Positions 62,696 to 64,000 of a stretch of 64,000 nucleotides of DNA are shown here, one piece after another. This stretch comes from Octopus sinensis (Eukaryota): contig NC_043010.1 of assembly GCF_006345805.1 (NCBI RefSeq), forward strand, positions 52,638,001 through 52,702,000, given 5' to 3'. The translations under genes and the position numbers were made by a program. Each line of letters starts with the position of its first letter. The first letter of the stretch is position 1. A model generated the notes under the pieces. That model searched no databases, was not told where the DNA came from, and was given only the letters and a program-made list of their open reading frames with translations.

Positions 62696-64000
62696 CTTCT
62701 ATCTATAAATGTTCTAAAATCTACTCAGCCTTGGTTTTTTTATCTCATTACGAAAAAAAATTTATTCTTTTACTCTTTTACATGTTTCAGTCATTTGACT
62801 GAGGCCATGCTGGAGCACCACCTTTAGTCGAGCAAATCGACCCCGGAACTTATTCTTTGTAAGCCTAGTACTTATTCTATCGGTCTCTTTTTGCCGAACC
62901 GCTAAGTGACGGGGACGTAAACACACCAGCATCGGTTGTCAAGCAATGCTAGGGGTACAAACACAGACACACAAACACATACACATACATATATATACAT
63001 ATATACGACAGGCTTCTTTCAGTTTCCGTCTACCAAATCCACTCACAAGGCATTGGTCGGCCCGGGGCTATAGCAGAAGACACTTGCCCAAGATGCCACG
63101 CATTGGGACTGAACCCGGAACCATGTGGTTGGTTAGCAAGCTACTTACCACACAGCCACTCCTGCACCTATATACATATGTATATATATTTAATGTAGGA
63201 TAAAATTTTTTTCGAAAGAAAAAAATTTTATCAATGGCCAGCATATTAAAAAATACCTTTAATGGTTAAAATTATAAACAACTTATAAATAAGGGCAAAC
63301 GAAAAAATTTCTAATGCCAAATATGCCGAAAAGTTGTACATATGTATATATATGCAGTCAAGGCTGAGTGGCATTCAATTATAAATAAATAAAATAAAAA
63401 TTACACATTGTGTACAGGACATCACCCACAAGTGAAAAATATGTAACCACAAGAGAAAAGTACAGGACAAAATGCCAAAAGAAGATAACTCTTCATTAGT
63501 TGTTGGACTATTTATTACTCCTATTTCATGCTTTTAATGATGATATAAGGAAACTTTATAAGGCAGCACCATCCAGAAATTTTAAAGATATAAAATTCAT
63601 GGAGAGTTAGGGCCTCAAACGAAGAAACAGCAACAGAGTGCACGTACAGAGTAAACAATCAGTGAAGACAAATATTAAGGGCCGTTAGGTCAAGACGAAT
63701 TGTAATGTTACATGTATATATGTACATATGTATGTATATATACATGAGGCGCAAGAGTAGCTGTGTGGTGAGTGGCTGTGTGGTAAGTAGCTTGTGTACC
63801 AACCACATTGATCAGTCCCACTGCGTGGCACCTTGGGCAAGTGTCTTTTACTATAGCATCGGGCCGACCAAAACCTTCTGAGTGGATTTGGTAGATGGAA
63901 ACTGAAAGAAGCTCATCATATATATATATATATATGTATATATATATGTGTATGTATGTGTGTGTGTGTATGTTTGAGTGTCTGTATTTGTCCTCCCCCC

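Noticed and set aside
110-63203. The many 60-220 aa ORFs rich in IY, CV, TH, LS, N or I
   Set aside because: They are translations of (TA)n, (CA)n, (TATC)n and (AAT)n tracts and of SINE bodies, with no domain content.

Overview
This is eukaryotic, very AT-rich DNA dense in microsatellites and SINEs. The repeat families look like octopus (coleoid cephalopod); this is my recognition, not a search result. One protein-coding gene spans the window on the minus strand: a Myt1/Myt1L/ST18-family CCHHC zinc-finger neuronal transcription factor. Ten exons (62397 down to 3214; 6243 nt, about 2080 codons) join in frame at GT-AG sites. They encode five CCHHC fingers, the MYT1 domain, and two very large low-complexity exons (4154 and 1288 nt). 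I did not find the start codon, later fingers or the stop, so they probably lie outside the window. The introns contain several tRNA-derived SINE families, R4/Dong and RTE LINE remnants, mariner, piggyBac-like and Helitron-like non-autonomous elements, minisatellites and long fold-back palindromes. Highlights: (1) six minimal Penelope-type hammerhead-ribozyme motifs with different flanking sequences, one intact on the antisense strand and one nearly intact in sense in the Myt1 pre-mRNA; (2) a candidate 174-nt in-frame cassette exon preceded by a YCAY/pyrimidine array; (3) an inverted SINE pair flanking a 267-nt, phase-symmetric ZF2-ZF3 exon block; (4) several long intronic hairpins; (5) elements that appear to target (AAT)n tracts. 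Nearly all short ORFs in the supplied track are microsatellite artefacts.
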